This document shows, piece by piece, positions 9,226-18,232 of a DNA stretch of 64,000 nt; within the stretch, counting starts at the first letter, position 1; each line of letters opens with the position of its first letter. The notes beneath the pieces are model-generated. The model saw only the letters and a program-made list of their open reading frames with translations. It had not been told where the DNA came from and made no database searches. A program made the translations under genes and the position numbers. Source of the stretch: Flavobacteriales bacterium. GTDB taxonomy: Bacteria; Bacteroidota; Bacteroidia; Palsa-965. The DNA lies in NCBI GenBank assembly GCA_040377305.1, contig JBEIPA010000025.1, positions 1 to 64,000 of the forward strand. Reading direction: 5' to 3'.

Positions 9226-11172
9226 TTACTGAATATTAAACTTGCCATTTAGCGACTCACCATTCTGTAGATAGACTGAATAAACGTACATACCTACAGC
9301 GTACTCTTCGTGATTAATTGAAAGCTTGCCTTCACCGTTCGTAACCGGCACTTGTGATGTACGTACCAATCTTCCGGTCAGATCGAAAATGCTTACGAAG
9401 GCTTGTCCGGTGAAGTTCTCTGCGTGGATCAGCATTGTTCCACTCTCCCCGATCGGATTCGGGTAAACAGCTGTAAACAATGCTCCACCTACTGATGTTC
9501 CAATATCCATGTGTATATATGCGTAAGGTGTTGATGTATTTGAACATCCGTTTGCATCGGTAATCACGACGGTGTAGTTACCCGATTGATTCGGCAGGAA
9601 TGACTGACCTGTAGCACCCGGAATTATATTCCCGTTGAGATACCACTGGTAACTTGTCGCAGCGGAAGAGATCAGTGTGTCTCCGTTCTGCGTCACAACC
9701 GGAACATTCGGCAAAGGATTTACCGTTGACATTACATTCGCAGAAGTATCTACGCAACCGAACGCATCGTTCACAATTACATGCAGTGTATCTGCTGTGT
9801 ACAACCAAATAGTTTGTGTGGTTGCACCGTTGCTCCATTGGTATGTTGCGAAACCGCTGCCTGCGTCAAGCAATACAGAATCTCCGGCACAGAATGCAAT
9901 GGGCGAAGGAGGTGCAATTACCGCCTGCGGATTGTTTACTGTTACTGAAATAATCTGAGATGATGCAGGGCAACCATTTCCATCCAATGCGGTTACCACA
10001 TAATTGCCCGATTGTGTTACCCAAAGCGAATTCGTATTGGCTCCGATCACGTTACCGTTTCTTCTCCAGTAGTAATTCGCAAAGGAACCACTTGCAAGAA
10101 GCTGTACACTGTCGCCAATGCAGAATGTTGTCGGACCTTGTGCAGTTGCAGTCACCGTAGGATTTGTGATGCAGGAGTCGAGATACACCACTGTGCGAAA
10201 CACCGGGCTCCAGATTCCGTTAGCGCCGATGGCACGCACATGCAATACATGTATACCCTGAGCAAGGAAAAACGCCTGTTCAGTTTTAGTCACCGCTTCG
10301 TAAGCCTGATCGTAATTGCCGTCGAATGCGAGCATCGGAGTTGCATTGCCCTGACCAGGATCAGTATCCCAGAAAAGTTCTGCAGCTGCTACGTGAATCG
10401 TCGGCATCACGTAAGGCGTTTGCACATCGACAATTGTTTTGAAAACAGGTCCCCAATTGTTGACCGCATCTTTCATTCGGACATTGAGAATGTGCATTCC
10501 AATTGCCGGTGTAGCAAAAGAAGACGCAAGCAACGTTTCAAGAGCGCTGTTGAAGTTACCATCAAACGCGATCATTGGGGTTCCGTTGCCCACGCCGGGA
10601 TCGGCATCCCAGAAACATTCAGCGGCCGAAACATTCATCACGGGAACTACATAGGGAGACTGAACGTCGACAATTGTTCTGAACACCGGACCCCAGTTGT
10701 TGTTTGCATCGCGAACGCGAACATTCAGTACGTGCATTCCAAGCGAAGGTGCTGCTGTATTTTGTGTAACAACTTCAAATGCGTTGTTAAAGTTCCCATC
10801 AAATGCAAGCATTGCAGTTCCGTTTCCGGCACCGGGATCTGTATCCCAGAAGAATTCCGCGCTTGCAACATTAATGGTTGGCATAACATAGGGACTTTGC
10901 ACATTAATCACTGTTCTGAAAACAGGTCCCCAGTTATTGGTGTTGTCTTTCACGCGCACTCCGATGGTATGAAATCCAAGCGTCAGACCGGAAACATTTG
11001 ATGCAATAACTTTCTCCAGTGCATCATTGAAGTTTCCGTCGTACGCAACCATCGATGTGGCAAGGCCAACACCCGGATCGCTATCGATAAAATATTCGGC
11101 CTGCTGTACGTTTTGTGCAAAAAGCAACGTACTGCTCAGCGCGAACGCGAGTATGTAAATGAATCGTTTCAT
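9226..11172 (-). CDS. T9SS type-A CTD protein with four ~80-aa 'AExFxDxDPG' repeats and Ig-like domains
   Basis: Signal peptide; four tandem repeats (aa ~21-332); Ig-like 'YQWSNGATT' and 'SGNYTV' modules; C-terminal 'VYPNP...GMYVY...GKFNIQ'. Confidence 0.85.
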   Translation of the reverse strand: MKRFIYILAFALSSTLLFAQNVQQAEYFIDSDPGVGLATSMVAYDGNFNDALEKVIASNVSGLTLGFHTIGVRVKDNTNNWGPVFRTVINVQSPYVMPTINVASAEFFWDTDPGAGNGTAMLAFDGNFNNAFEVVTQNTAAPSLGMHVLNVRVRDANNNWGPVFRTIVDVQSPYVVPVMNVSAAECFWDADPGVGNGTPMIAFDGNFNSALETLLASSFATPAIGMHILNVRMKDAVNNWGPVFKTIVDVQTPYVMPTIHVAAAELFWDTDPGQGNATPMLAFDGNYDQAYEAVTKTEQAFFLAQGIHVLHVRAIGANGIWSPVFRTVVYLDSCITNPTVTATAQGPTTFCIGDSVQLLASGSFANYYWRRNGNVIGANTNSLWVTQSGNYVVTALDGNGCPASSQIISVTVNNPQAVIAPPSPIAFCAGDSVLLDAGSGFATYQWSNGATTQTIWLYTADTLHVIVNDAFGCVDTSANVMSTVNPLPNVPVVTQNGDTLISSAATSYQWYLNGNIIPGATGQSFLPNQSGNYTVVITDANGCSNTSTPYAYIHMDIGTSVGGALFTAVYPNPIGESGTMLIHAENFTGQAFVSIFDLTGRLVRTSQVPVTNGEGKLSINHEEYAVGMYVYSVYLQNGESLNGKFNIQ

Positions 11173-11192
11173 AATTGAACGTTCTTTACAGA

Positions 11193-12440
11193 CTAACGGT
11201 CGAATGAATCAGCCTTGATATTGATCGTGCCCGAAACGTTCACGCGGCGTGGTGCATTTACATAGAACACACGCGTACTGCCGGTGATCGGGAAGAAATT
11301 ATCCTGAGAGAAAGATCCGCCGTATGCGCCAACATCACCCACTGTAAGATTCAGATCGTAGTACGAGAAATCCGCACTGCCTCCGTCGATGGCGTCAGAT
11401 CCCGCCTGCGGACGACCAGCTCCATCAAGTATGTTGGTGGTGTTACCCATGTCATTGCAACCACACACATCCAATGAATTCTGCATAGTGAAATTAGACA
11501 TGTTGTAGCTTGCCGCAATCGTTCCACTCGCGCCATAAATACTTCCATAGGGGCTGCTGCCTCCAAGAATAAGATTATTGATTACTTCAGTGTATGATCC
11601 CGGATTCATGTTCAGAAAATAGATCGGAACATACAAGGAGATCGGAGAATAAATTGTGTTGTTCAAAATCAGGTTCTTTGAAAATGTAGATGATTTGTAG
11701 GCAACCATTTCTATCCCACCTGCATAACCAGCCGCAGTGACGCTGCACAGAACAAGGTTGTTGATGATGTGAACAAAATGACTGTTGGTATATGCGAATA
11801 CTCCAACATTGTAATACGTGCTGTTCATATGCATACGATTACCAATAATAAGCATGGTATCATTTGAAGGCAGTACATCTGTACCCAGGTAAACCGCACA
11901 CTGCACTCCACTTGAAGGATATCCGAGTGAATTAACCGTGATATCATTTCCGATTACTTTACCATAACGAAATCCAACTCCACCCTGTAAAACGGATGAA
12001 GCCAAAGTGAAATTGAAATAGTCGAAATCGAAATTCATTTGTCCGTTGATGTTGCATCCGAGAAATGAAACTGAACAGCGCGTTCCAACCGGACTAGCCG
12101 CACTCGGCGCAATATTACCTTCATGGTGCATGCCGATGATTGTAATGCTACGTCCAATCGCGGGTGTAATCATCATGACTCCCTGAACGTCGAATTTATC
12201 CGTGTCGTTGGCGCAAATGATGTAAAGAGATTTGTTTACGTTCAGATTTTCAACATAGGGAGCGTGTCCCACTTTCGGTTCAACGAGGATGCGATCTCCG
12301 TTGGATGCTGCACTTATGGCCGCAGTGATCGTTGCATAACAACCGTTGTTCCCGTTTTCATTTACGCAATAGTCTGTCGCATTTGCCTGAGTAATGCAAA
12401 GCGCAACCGCAGCGAAGGCGGTCAGTAGTTTTGTTTTCAT
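11193..12440 (-). CDS. Secreted right-handed parallel beta-helix (pectin-lyase-like fold) protein lacking a T9SS CTD
   Basis: Signal peptide; 'TITAAISAASNGDRILV' cap; Asn-rich 'IINN' rungs; 'SDAIDGG...DVGAYGG' tail. Confidence 0.7.
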   Translation of the reverse strand: MKTKLLTAFAAVALCITQANATDYCVNENGNNGCYATITAAISAASNGDRILVEPKVGHAPYVENLNVNKSLYIICANDTDKFDVQGVMMITPAIGRSITIIGMHHEGNIAPSAASPVGTRCSVSFLGCNINGQMNFDFDYFNFTLASSVLQGGVGFRYGKVIGNDITVNSLGYPSSGVQCAVYLGTDVLPSNDTMLIIGNRMHMNSTYYNVGVFAYTNSHFVHIINNLVLCSVTAAGYAGGIEMVAYKSSTFSKNLILNNTIYSPISLYVPIYFLNMNPGSYTEVINNLILGGSSPYGSIYGASGTIAASYNMSNFTMQNSLDVCGCNDMGNTTNILDGAGRPQAGSDAIDGGSADFSYYDLNLTVGDVGAYGGSFSQDNFFPITGSTRVFYVNAPRRVNVSGTINIKADSFDR

Positions 12441-12492
12441 GTGTAGGTAGGTTTTAGGTGCCGCAAATGTTGAAATTCAACGGTTTGAAGGC

Positions 12493-12520
12493 AATCACCC
12501 TTTAGTAGTAATTTGTGGTA
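12493..12520. promoter_or_regulatory. Duplicated regulatory block, copy 1
   Basis: AATCACCCTTTAGTAGTAATTTGTGGTA recurs at 13097-13125 with one extra T. Confidence 0.7.
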
Positions 12521-12540
12521 AGCCACAACTGTCCTAAAAC

Positions 12541-12571
12541 AAAACGCAGCCACCATGGGAATGGCAGCTGC
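12541..12571 (-). terminator. Terminator of the 12590-13039 gene
   Basis: CGCAGC-CACCAT...ATGG-CA-GCTGCG stem preceded by AAAA. Confidence 0.6.
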
Positions 12572-12589
12572 GCTTTAAATTCAGGTTAT

Positions 12590-13039
12590 CTACTTCGTCT
12601 GAATGAAGAACGAATAATTCAGCGGACAATCGAAACAGGACTTATAATCGTCGCGCTTCTTGTCGGTCTTTTTACACCCTTGCTGAATGAAACTTACGGT
12701 TGTTGTTTCTCCCGGTTTACATTTGAATTTCTCGTCTGCGCCTATGTCAGACTTTACCAGTTTGTCGTAATAGATAAAGTGCATCCGTCCATCGAGCTTG
12801 GTTGTGCCGGTATTCTTGATTTCAAATACGTAATACACGGCAATGCCTTTCCGCTTTGTGACCGTATAACGGTATTCCCAAGTGTACAGTGTTCCATCAT
12901 CTCCTTTCGCGGTATCCGGAATCCAGTTGGTCCATGCACCGAAAGTTGCTGTTGAGTCGAGGTGATTAGATTGTTGTGCATTCAGTTTGCCACAAACAAG
13001 TACAGTAAGCAGCGTGAGTAGTGTAATTACTTTTTTCAT
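12590..13039 (-). CDS. Secreted hypothetical protein
   Basis: Sec signal peptide (MKKVITLL...LNA-QQ); beta-rich; four Cys in the mature part. Confidence 0.75.
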   Translation of the reverse strand: MKKVITLLTLLTVLVCGKLNAQQSNHLDSTATFGAWTNWIPDTAKGDDGTLYTWEYRYTVTKRKGIAVYYVFEIKNTGTTKLDGRMHFIYYDKLVKSDIGADEKFKCKPGETTTVSFIQQGCKKTDKKRDDYKSCFDCPLNYSFFIQTK

Positions 13040-13096
13040 AAGGTAGATTGGTAGGTAGGTTTATGCAACAAAACTCGGAACTGCGCCTAACGCTTG

Positions 13097-13125
13097 AATC
13101 ACCCTTTAGTAGTAATTTTGTGGTA
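13097..13125. promoter_or_regulatory. Duplicated regulatory block, copy 2, containing the thioesterase -7 box
   Basis: TAATTTTG (13113-13120) lies 4 nt before the ATG at 13125. Confidence 0.7.
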
Positions 13126-13532
13126 TGGCAATGAAGCATAGAACAGCAATACAAATCCGGTTTAAGGATATTGATGCACTCGGACACGTTAACAACGCGA
13201 ATCATGTGACTTATTTCGAGTATGCCCGCATCCGCTTTTTCGACGACCTGATCGGCGGAGAAATCGATTGGGAAACGGAAGGAATGATACTCGCACATCA
13301 GCAGGTGCATTATAAGAAACCGATCTATCTGAAAGATGAAATAAGCGTTCTCACCTGGTTTATGAAATCAGGAACAACCAGTTTCGAATTGGGCTACGAA
13401 ATTGTTCGTACAGAGAAGGACGGTTCAGAGACTATATGCGCAACGGGAAGTTCTGTGCAGGTTTGCTTTAATTACAAAACGCAGAAGCCGGTACCTATTC
13501 CGGAACATTGGCGCACGAAAATGATCGGATAA
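13125..13532 (+). CDS. Acyl-CoA thioesterase (4HBT/FcbC hot-dog fold)
   Basis: 'RFKDIDALGHVNNA.Y.EYAR' motif. Confidence 0.92.
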   Translation: MAMKHRTAIQIRFKDIDALGHVNNANHVTYFEYARIRFFDDLIGGEIDWETEGMILAHQQVHYKKPIYLKDEISVLTWFMKSGTTSFELGYEIVRTEKDGSETICATGSSVQVCFNYKTQKPVPIPEHWRTKMIG

Positions 13533-13735
13533 CTTTTCCAAAGTTGGGGACGCTTTCGAAGGGAAGCAGGGTAATACCGTGGTCCAATTAACACTCTCGC
13601 CAAACTTTGGAAAAGTTTATCGGTTGGCGCAGAGATGATCAGATAACTTTTCCAAAGTTGAGGACGTCTTCGAACAGAAGTAGGTTAATACCGTCGTCTA
13701 ATTAACACTCTCGCCAAACTTTGGAAAAGTTTATC
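13528..13735. repeat. Tandem pair of 94-bp elements with terminal inverted repeats (REP/MITE-like)
   Basis: Copies at 13528-13621 and 13642-13735, each GATAACTTTTCCAAAGTT...AACTTTGGAAAAGTTTATC. Confidence 0.85.
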
Positions 13736-14054
13736 GCAGGAGTTGTGCTTCATTCAGACGCATCTGATATTCCGCCTCCGACATCTGATTTTTTACATAC
13801 AAACTCGTATGCTGCGCGAGAATTTTTGCGCGTTCGCGTTCGGGCTCCTGAAGCGTGACACCTTGTTTGCAGATATCGCACAGCAAATAATGATCATTCT
13901 CATACGGAATCACCGGAATGAAAAAGAGCGTGAACCAGGTGCGATAGTGCTTGTAGCGCCAATACGTTTGGTTGTGACAGTTCGGACAATTAATAGGAAG
14001 TGTTGGTCCGTGATCTTTGTCGGTGCGGTGGCCCCAGCCGAAGAGGATGAACAT
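13731..14054 (-). CDS. Zinc-ribbon domain protein
   Basis: 'MFILFGWG', CPNC...'WFTLFFIPVIP'...CDIC. Confidence 0.85.
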   Translation of the reverse strand: MFILFGWGHRTDKDHGPTLPINCPNCHNQTYWRYKHYRTWFTLFFIPVIPYENDHYLLCDICKQGVTLQEPERERAKILAQHTSLYVKNQMSEAEYQMRLNEAQLLR

Positions 14055-14127
14055 GAAAGTTAGTTTATACTAATATCGGCAACTTTCTTCAACTTCACAA
14101 CCACGGTTTAATCGACACTTGGAATCG

Positions 14128-14152
14128 ATGTGCCGATGTGCCGATGTGCCGA
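14128..14152 (+). repeat. GATGTGCC octamer x3
   Basis: Direct tandem repeat; a reverse-complement array lies at 18173-18232. Confidence 0.8.
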
Positions 14153-14166
14153 TTGCGTTCGGTGCT

Positions 14167-14421
14167 AGCTGCAGAGTGTCATACCGAGTAGTCGCCATTA
14201 TCTGCGGAGCAGGTTGGTGAAAATATCGACGTACCGAGGGATGACAACCAAAGCCCGATCAACATCAGGAATCGATTAGTTGATTTTCGATTTCCGATTA
14301 GTTGATGGTGTTTGTACCAGCTGCAGAGTGTCATACCGAGTAGTCGCCATTATCTGCGGAGCGCGTTGGTGAAAATTTCGACGTACAGCTCCGAAGGAGT
14401 CCCTTTGGGAAGGATGGCAAC
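14167..14421. repeat. Two copies of an ~82-bp REP-like element (TGTCAT...ATGACA ends)
   Basis: 14167-14248 and 14319-14421 are near-identical over 68 bp; the second carries a 21-bp insertion; a GATTAGTT array lies between them. Confidence 0.85.
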
Positions 14422-14426
14422 TGCGC

Positions 14427-15068
14427 CTAGAACAAGAAGAAACGTTTCGGATGCAACTTATTCAGCGCCTCAGTACGGCTTTGCACATGCAACTTGATGT
14501 AGATATTCCGGATGTGTGTACGAACAGTTTCCACCGATAAGAAAATTTTCTCCGCGATTTCTTTGTAACGCAAACCCTGATCGAGCAACAAGAGAATTTC
14601 ACGCTCACGAGCAGTCAACGCGTCAAGCTCTGCAGATTCTTTCGGTCCGCTGAAAGCACCAACTACTTTACGGGCGATTGTTGCACTCATTGGCGATCCA
14701 CCTGCATTGATATCACGGATGGCCGTGATGATCGCTTCCGGAGATGAACTCTTGACGATATATCCCGTTGCTCCGCTCTTCAGACATTCGAATATTTTTT
14801 CTTCGTCGTCGAATACGGTACACATCAGAAAGTTTGATGAACCCGAAAGCTTCTTCGCTTCAGGAAGGAAATCCATTCCCGATTTCCCCGGCAAGCCAAT
14901 GTCGAGCAGTACTACATTCGGCAATAGTTCCGGCAATTTCACCGCAAACGATTCTACACTGTCAAATGCTCCAACTAGTGTGAAGTCTTCTGTTGACGAA
15001 ACGATCTGCTGAAGAAACTGTGAAATTTCTTTGTCGTCTTCTACAATGGCTACGGTGATCTTGTTCAT
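14427..15068 (-). CDS. NarL/FixJ-family response regulator (REC + LuxR HTH)
   Basis: 'IVEDD', 'LLDIGLPG', 'GATGYIVK' and 'LTAREREIL...TVRTHIRNIY.KL'; start MNKIT at 15068. Confidence 0.93.
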   Translation of the reverse strand: MNKITVAIVEDDKEISQFLQQIVSSTEDFTLVGAFDSVESFAVKLPELLPNVVLLDIGLPGKSGMDFLPEAKKLSGSSNFLMCTVFDDEEKIFECLKSGATGYIVKSSSPEAIITAIRDINAGGSPMSATIARKVVGAFSGPKESAELDALTAREREILLLLDQGLRYKEIAEKIFLSVETVRTHIRNIYIKLHVQSRTEALNKLHPKRFFLF

Positions 15069-15146
15069 GGTGGTAAATTTAGACGAGGAAACTTCAAATC
15101 TCAAGCCCAAAGTGAAGTATTTCGAGCGAATACTACTTTAATACTA

Positions 15147-18143
15147 CTACTCTTTGGCAATAACCGGGCACGTTACTTCGACACTTGTCCCTTTGCCGCT
15201 TTCCGAAGTGAATTTCACCGTTCCCCCACTCGCTTCAGCACGCTGACGAATATTGCGCAGACCATTCGAGTTCACCTTATCGTTCGCGTTCGGATCAAAT
15301 CCGCTGCCGTTGTCGGAAATTTTCATCGTGAACTTTTCATCGCGCCAACGAATCTCCAGGCTCAGTTCGGTACAACCGGAATACTTCACCGCATTCGAAA
15401 TTGACTCTTTCAGGATGAGCAAAAGATTTCGCCGCGTTTCCGGATTAACTTCCTGCGCTGGAAGATTTTCATCAGCAGAATACTTAAATCGTAAATCAGC
15501 ATTTTCAGCAACACCTGCTACGTACGAACGAAAGTACGCCGACATGTGATCCAGACTGTCGTAATGCGGATTCACTGACCACACCACTTCTTTCATGCTC
15601 TGTGAAAGTTCGCGTGCAGTACCGGCAATCCATTTCAGTTTCTCCTGTTGCTGAAGATCTTCCGAAGATTTATGCGCCATCAATTCTCCACTCAATGCAA
15701 TTCGGGTGAGTCCTGCTCCTATATCATCGTGAATGTCGCGTGAGATTCTAGCACGTACTTTATCGAGTTCCTGCTGCATTTTCAGTTTGCGAAGTTTGCG
15801 CTGATAATTCATTCGCATGATGATGAACAAGACGAGTGTAATAATCAGTACGGCGCCGAGACTGGTAATCGCGATGAACCAACCCGACATCCAGAAAGGT
15901 GGCACAACTTTTATCGTCAGCAACTTCGTGATTTCTGTTCGCTCGCACCCGGGAACATGCGTTGAACACAGGAATGAATAAAAACCGGAACCCAGAGCTG
16001 CGTAATTCACTTTGCGCAAACCAAGCTCCCAGAGTTCTTCATCTCCCGATCCATCGAGCTTGTAATAAAACATGACACGTTCCGGAAATGCAAAGTCCGT
16101 TTGCCAGATCATGAGCTCAATAGAACCTGAACCGTAATCACGCACGATCGATTCACGGATTACACCGCGTGCTTCTTCATTTGGACCATACGAAGCGAGC
16201 AGAATGGATTTGCGGTAACAATTCGTGGAAAGCTTCGGTTGCCAGCGTACAAATCCACTCGTTGTGGCAATGTAGAAATACGAACTCGCATAATACAATC
16301 CACCGGAGTTACATTCTGCTGAAGGCAATCCGTCTGCACTACTGTAAGATTGAAACGTAAATTTTTCAAAATCGAAAACACTAACGCCATTACCGGTTGC
16401 GAGCAAAACTTCCCGATCTGAAAACCGGATTGCGTCATAGACAACATTGTCGGGCAATCCATCTGCTGTTGTAAATTGTTGTGTAACGTGAAAGTTGGCG
16501 TCGAGTTTAAACAATCCGGATTCAAGTCCTAACCAAATTGAATCGCGATGATCCTGAAAGATTGCACGAACATTTGCTGTTTGCGGAACACCTACTTCCG
16601 TTTCATAATTGTAGTGGCGAATAATATTCAGGTTCTGGTCGTACAACGTCAGGCCTTTGAACAGTGTTGCAATTAATATTTTTCCATCTTTCAGGGTTTG
16701 AGCACAAGTCACCACGCCGTCAAAACCAACATCATCAGACAACGCAGGCTGAATACCATCTAAGAATTCTTTGATTCCAAAATTTCCGTAGATGTAGGTT
16801 TTGCTGCCGGTAGTGAACGCGCCTATGTAACGATACCCAGAGCCATTCTGTACCACTGATGCTTTCCAGTTCAATGTGTCAAGCAACAAACAGTTTTGGT
16901 CGGTTCCGACTAACAGTCTTCCGTTACCTGCGTCCGCAAAACACAACGCATTCACTCCATTGAACAATGGGTCAGTGGAAACCGTTGTGATCGTGTTCGC
17001 AATGTGATCAACCAGTTTAATTCCATGCTGATAAGTTGCAACGAGATAACGATCCTTCGACAATTCATAGAAGCAACGTGTGAACCAGGTACACGTGTCG
17101 GTTACAAGCCCATCGTTATACTTTCCATGAAATTCGATACGGTTATGGAGCAACTTCACAACACCAGCTCCATCAGTCGCGCACCACACGACACCATATT
17201 CATCGCAAACTACAAACGCAACAGCCAACAATAACTTACCGGCATAGGTTCCATCCTGCTGCCATAAGCAGGGACGCAACTCATGTTTTTGAGAATCGTA
17301 GCGAAACACTCCTTGTCCGAAAACAGAAAGCCACCAACTTCCATCCGGATGTATATCCATGCTGGTGAAATCAAAAGTTGTGTCGGCATACGTGCGGTCT
17401 CCCAGCGAGTAACGCATGAATTTTTTCTTCTCGATATCGTATTGCCACAAACCGTTTCTGCTAAGTATCAGAAATGAAGTTGATCTACCTGGTAATTCAT
17501 GAAATGCTCGTAGCTGAGTCACGGGCAACTCCTTCGGCAGCGGTATAAAATCTGTTTTCCCGGAAGCAACGTCGTGTATGACCAAACGCCCAAGCGAATC
17601 GGGAACAACGATCGTGCGTTTATCAAACAATGCTGCACAACACGTGGAATAACCTGTACTGGTTAACTGTGTCGTTTTCCCATCCTGTATGCGCACCCGG
17701 AAAAGCCCTCGTCCCGAACAGGCAAGCCATAACGCGGTGTCATTCGCAATCAACGGAGTTTCGGCACAACCAAGCGCTTTCACAACGTCGAAGCTTCTAA
17801 GGGGTTTTGTACTGAAACGATCATACTGATAACACACCGTTTCCGTTCCCACCCAAACTGTTTTCTGATCGGAGGATGCAACTATGCCACGAATAGCCGT
17901 GTTAATTGCGGGCATTTCCTTCTCCGTACTGGCTTGCGGCTGCTCAAATTCCCAACCATTGAAGAGTCCCAATCCACGCCCTGTGCCACACCATAGATAA
18001 CCTTCATTATCGCGATACAAAGCAGTAACTGTAGTTTGCGGCAAGCCCTTGTCGACAGACAGCGATGTGATCAACTGTTGCGCGTCAAGCGAAAACGAAA
18101 CGAGAAAAAAAAGAAAGAAAAAGAGCCGCGATGAATAATTCAT
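15147..18143 (-). CDS. Sensor histidine kinase with periplasmic beta-propeller (Reg_prop-like) and HisKA_3/HATPase domains
   Basis: Signal peptide, 'GLP.N.V' propeller repeats, TM after 'PPFW', 'RISRDIHDDIG', 'ESISNAVKY', 'DNGSGF' and 'GKGT'. Confidence 0.9.
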   Translation of the reverse strand: MNYSSRLFFFLFFLVSFSLDAQQLITSLSVDKGLPQTTVTALYRDNEGYLWCGTGRGLGLFNGWEFEQPQASTEKEMPAINTAIRGIVASSDQKTVWVGTETVCYQYDRFSTKPLRSFDVVKALGCAETPLIANDTALWLACSGRGLFRVRIQDGKTTQLTSTGYSTCCAALFDKRTIVVPDSLGRLVIHDVASGKTDFIPLPKELPVTQLRAFHELPGRSTSFLILSRNGLWQYDIEKKKFMRYSLGDRTYADTTFDFTSMDIHPDGSWWLSVFGQGVFRYDSQKHELRPCLWQQDGTYAGKLLLAVAFVVCDEYGVVWCATDGAGVVKLLHNRIEFHGKYNDGLVTDTCTWFTRCFYELSKDRYLVATYQHGIKLVDHIANTITTVSTDPLFNGVNALCFADAGNGRLLVGTDQNCLLLDTLNWKASVVQNGSGYRYIGAFTTGSKTYIYGNFGIKEFLDGIQPALSDDVGFDGVVTCAQTLKDGKILIATLFKGLTLYDQNLNIIRHYNYETEVGVPQTANVRAIFQDHRDSIWLGLESGLFKLDANFHVTQQFTTADGLPDNVVYDAIRFSDREVLLATGNGVSVFDFEKFTFQSYSSADGLPSAECNSGGLYYASSYFYIATTSGFVRWQPKLSTNCYRKSILLASYGPNEEARGVIRESIVRDYGSGSIELMIWQTDFAFPERVMFYYKLDGSGDEELWELGLRKVNYAALGSGFYSFLCSTHVPGCERTEITKLLTIKVVPPFWMSGWFIAITSLGAVLIITLVLFIIMRMNYQRKLRKLKMQQELDKVRARISRDIHDDIGAGLTRIALSGELMAHKSSEDLQQQEKLKWIAGTARELSQSMKEVVWSVNPHYDSLDHMSAYFRSYVAGVAENADLRFKYSADENLPAQEVNPETRRNLLLILKESISNAVKYSGCTELSLEIRWRDEKFTMKISDNGSGFDPNANDKVNSNGLRNIRQRAEASGGTVKFTSESGKGTSVEVTCPVIAKE

Positions 18144-18172
18144 TAAAATAAATTCAACGTTATCAACTGAAC

Positions 18173-18232
18173 ATCACATCATCGGCATATCATCATATCG
18201 GCACATTGGCATATCGGCACATTGGCACATCG
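18173..18232 (-). repeat. GGCACATC/GGCATATC/GGCACATT octamer array
   Basis: About 6-7 degenerate units; reverse complement of the GATGTGCC array. Confidence 0.8.

Noticed and set aside
10012-11001. 329-aa antisense ORF (likewise 41575-42288, 55028-55708, 6300-6881)
   Set aside because: Shadow frames opposite well-supported genes, with no recognisable motifs.
13528-14421. Repeat pairs as a CRISPR array
   Set aside because: Only two copies of each, units of 80-94 bp, no unique-spacer periodicity and no cas genes.
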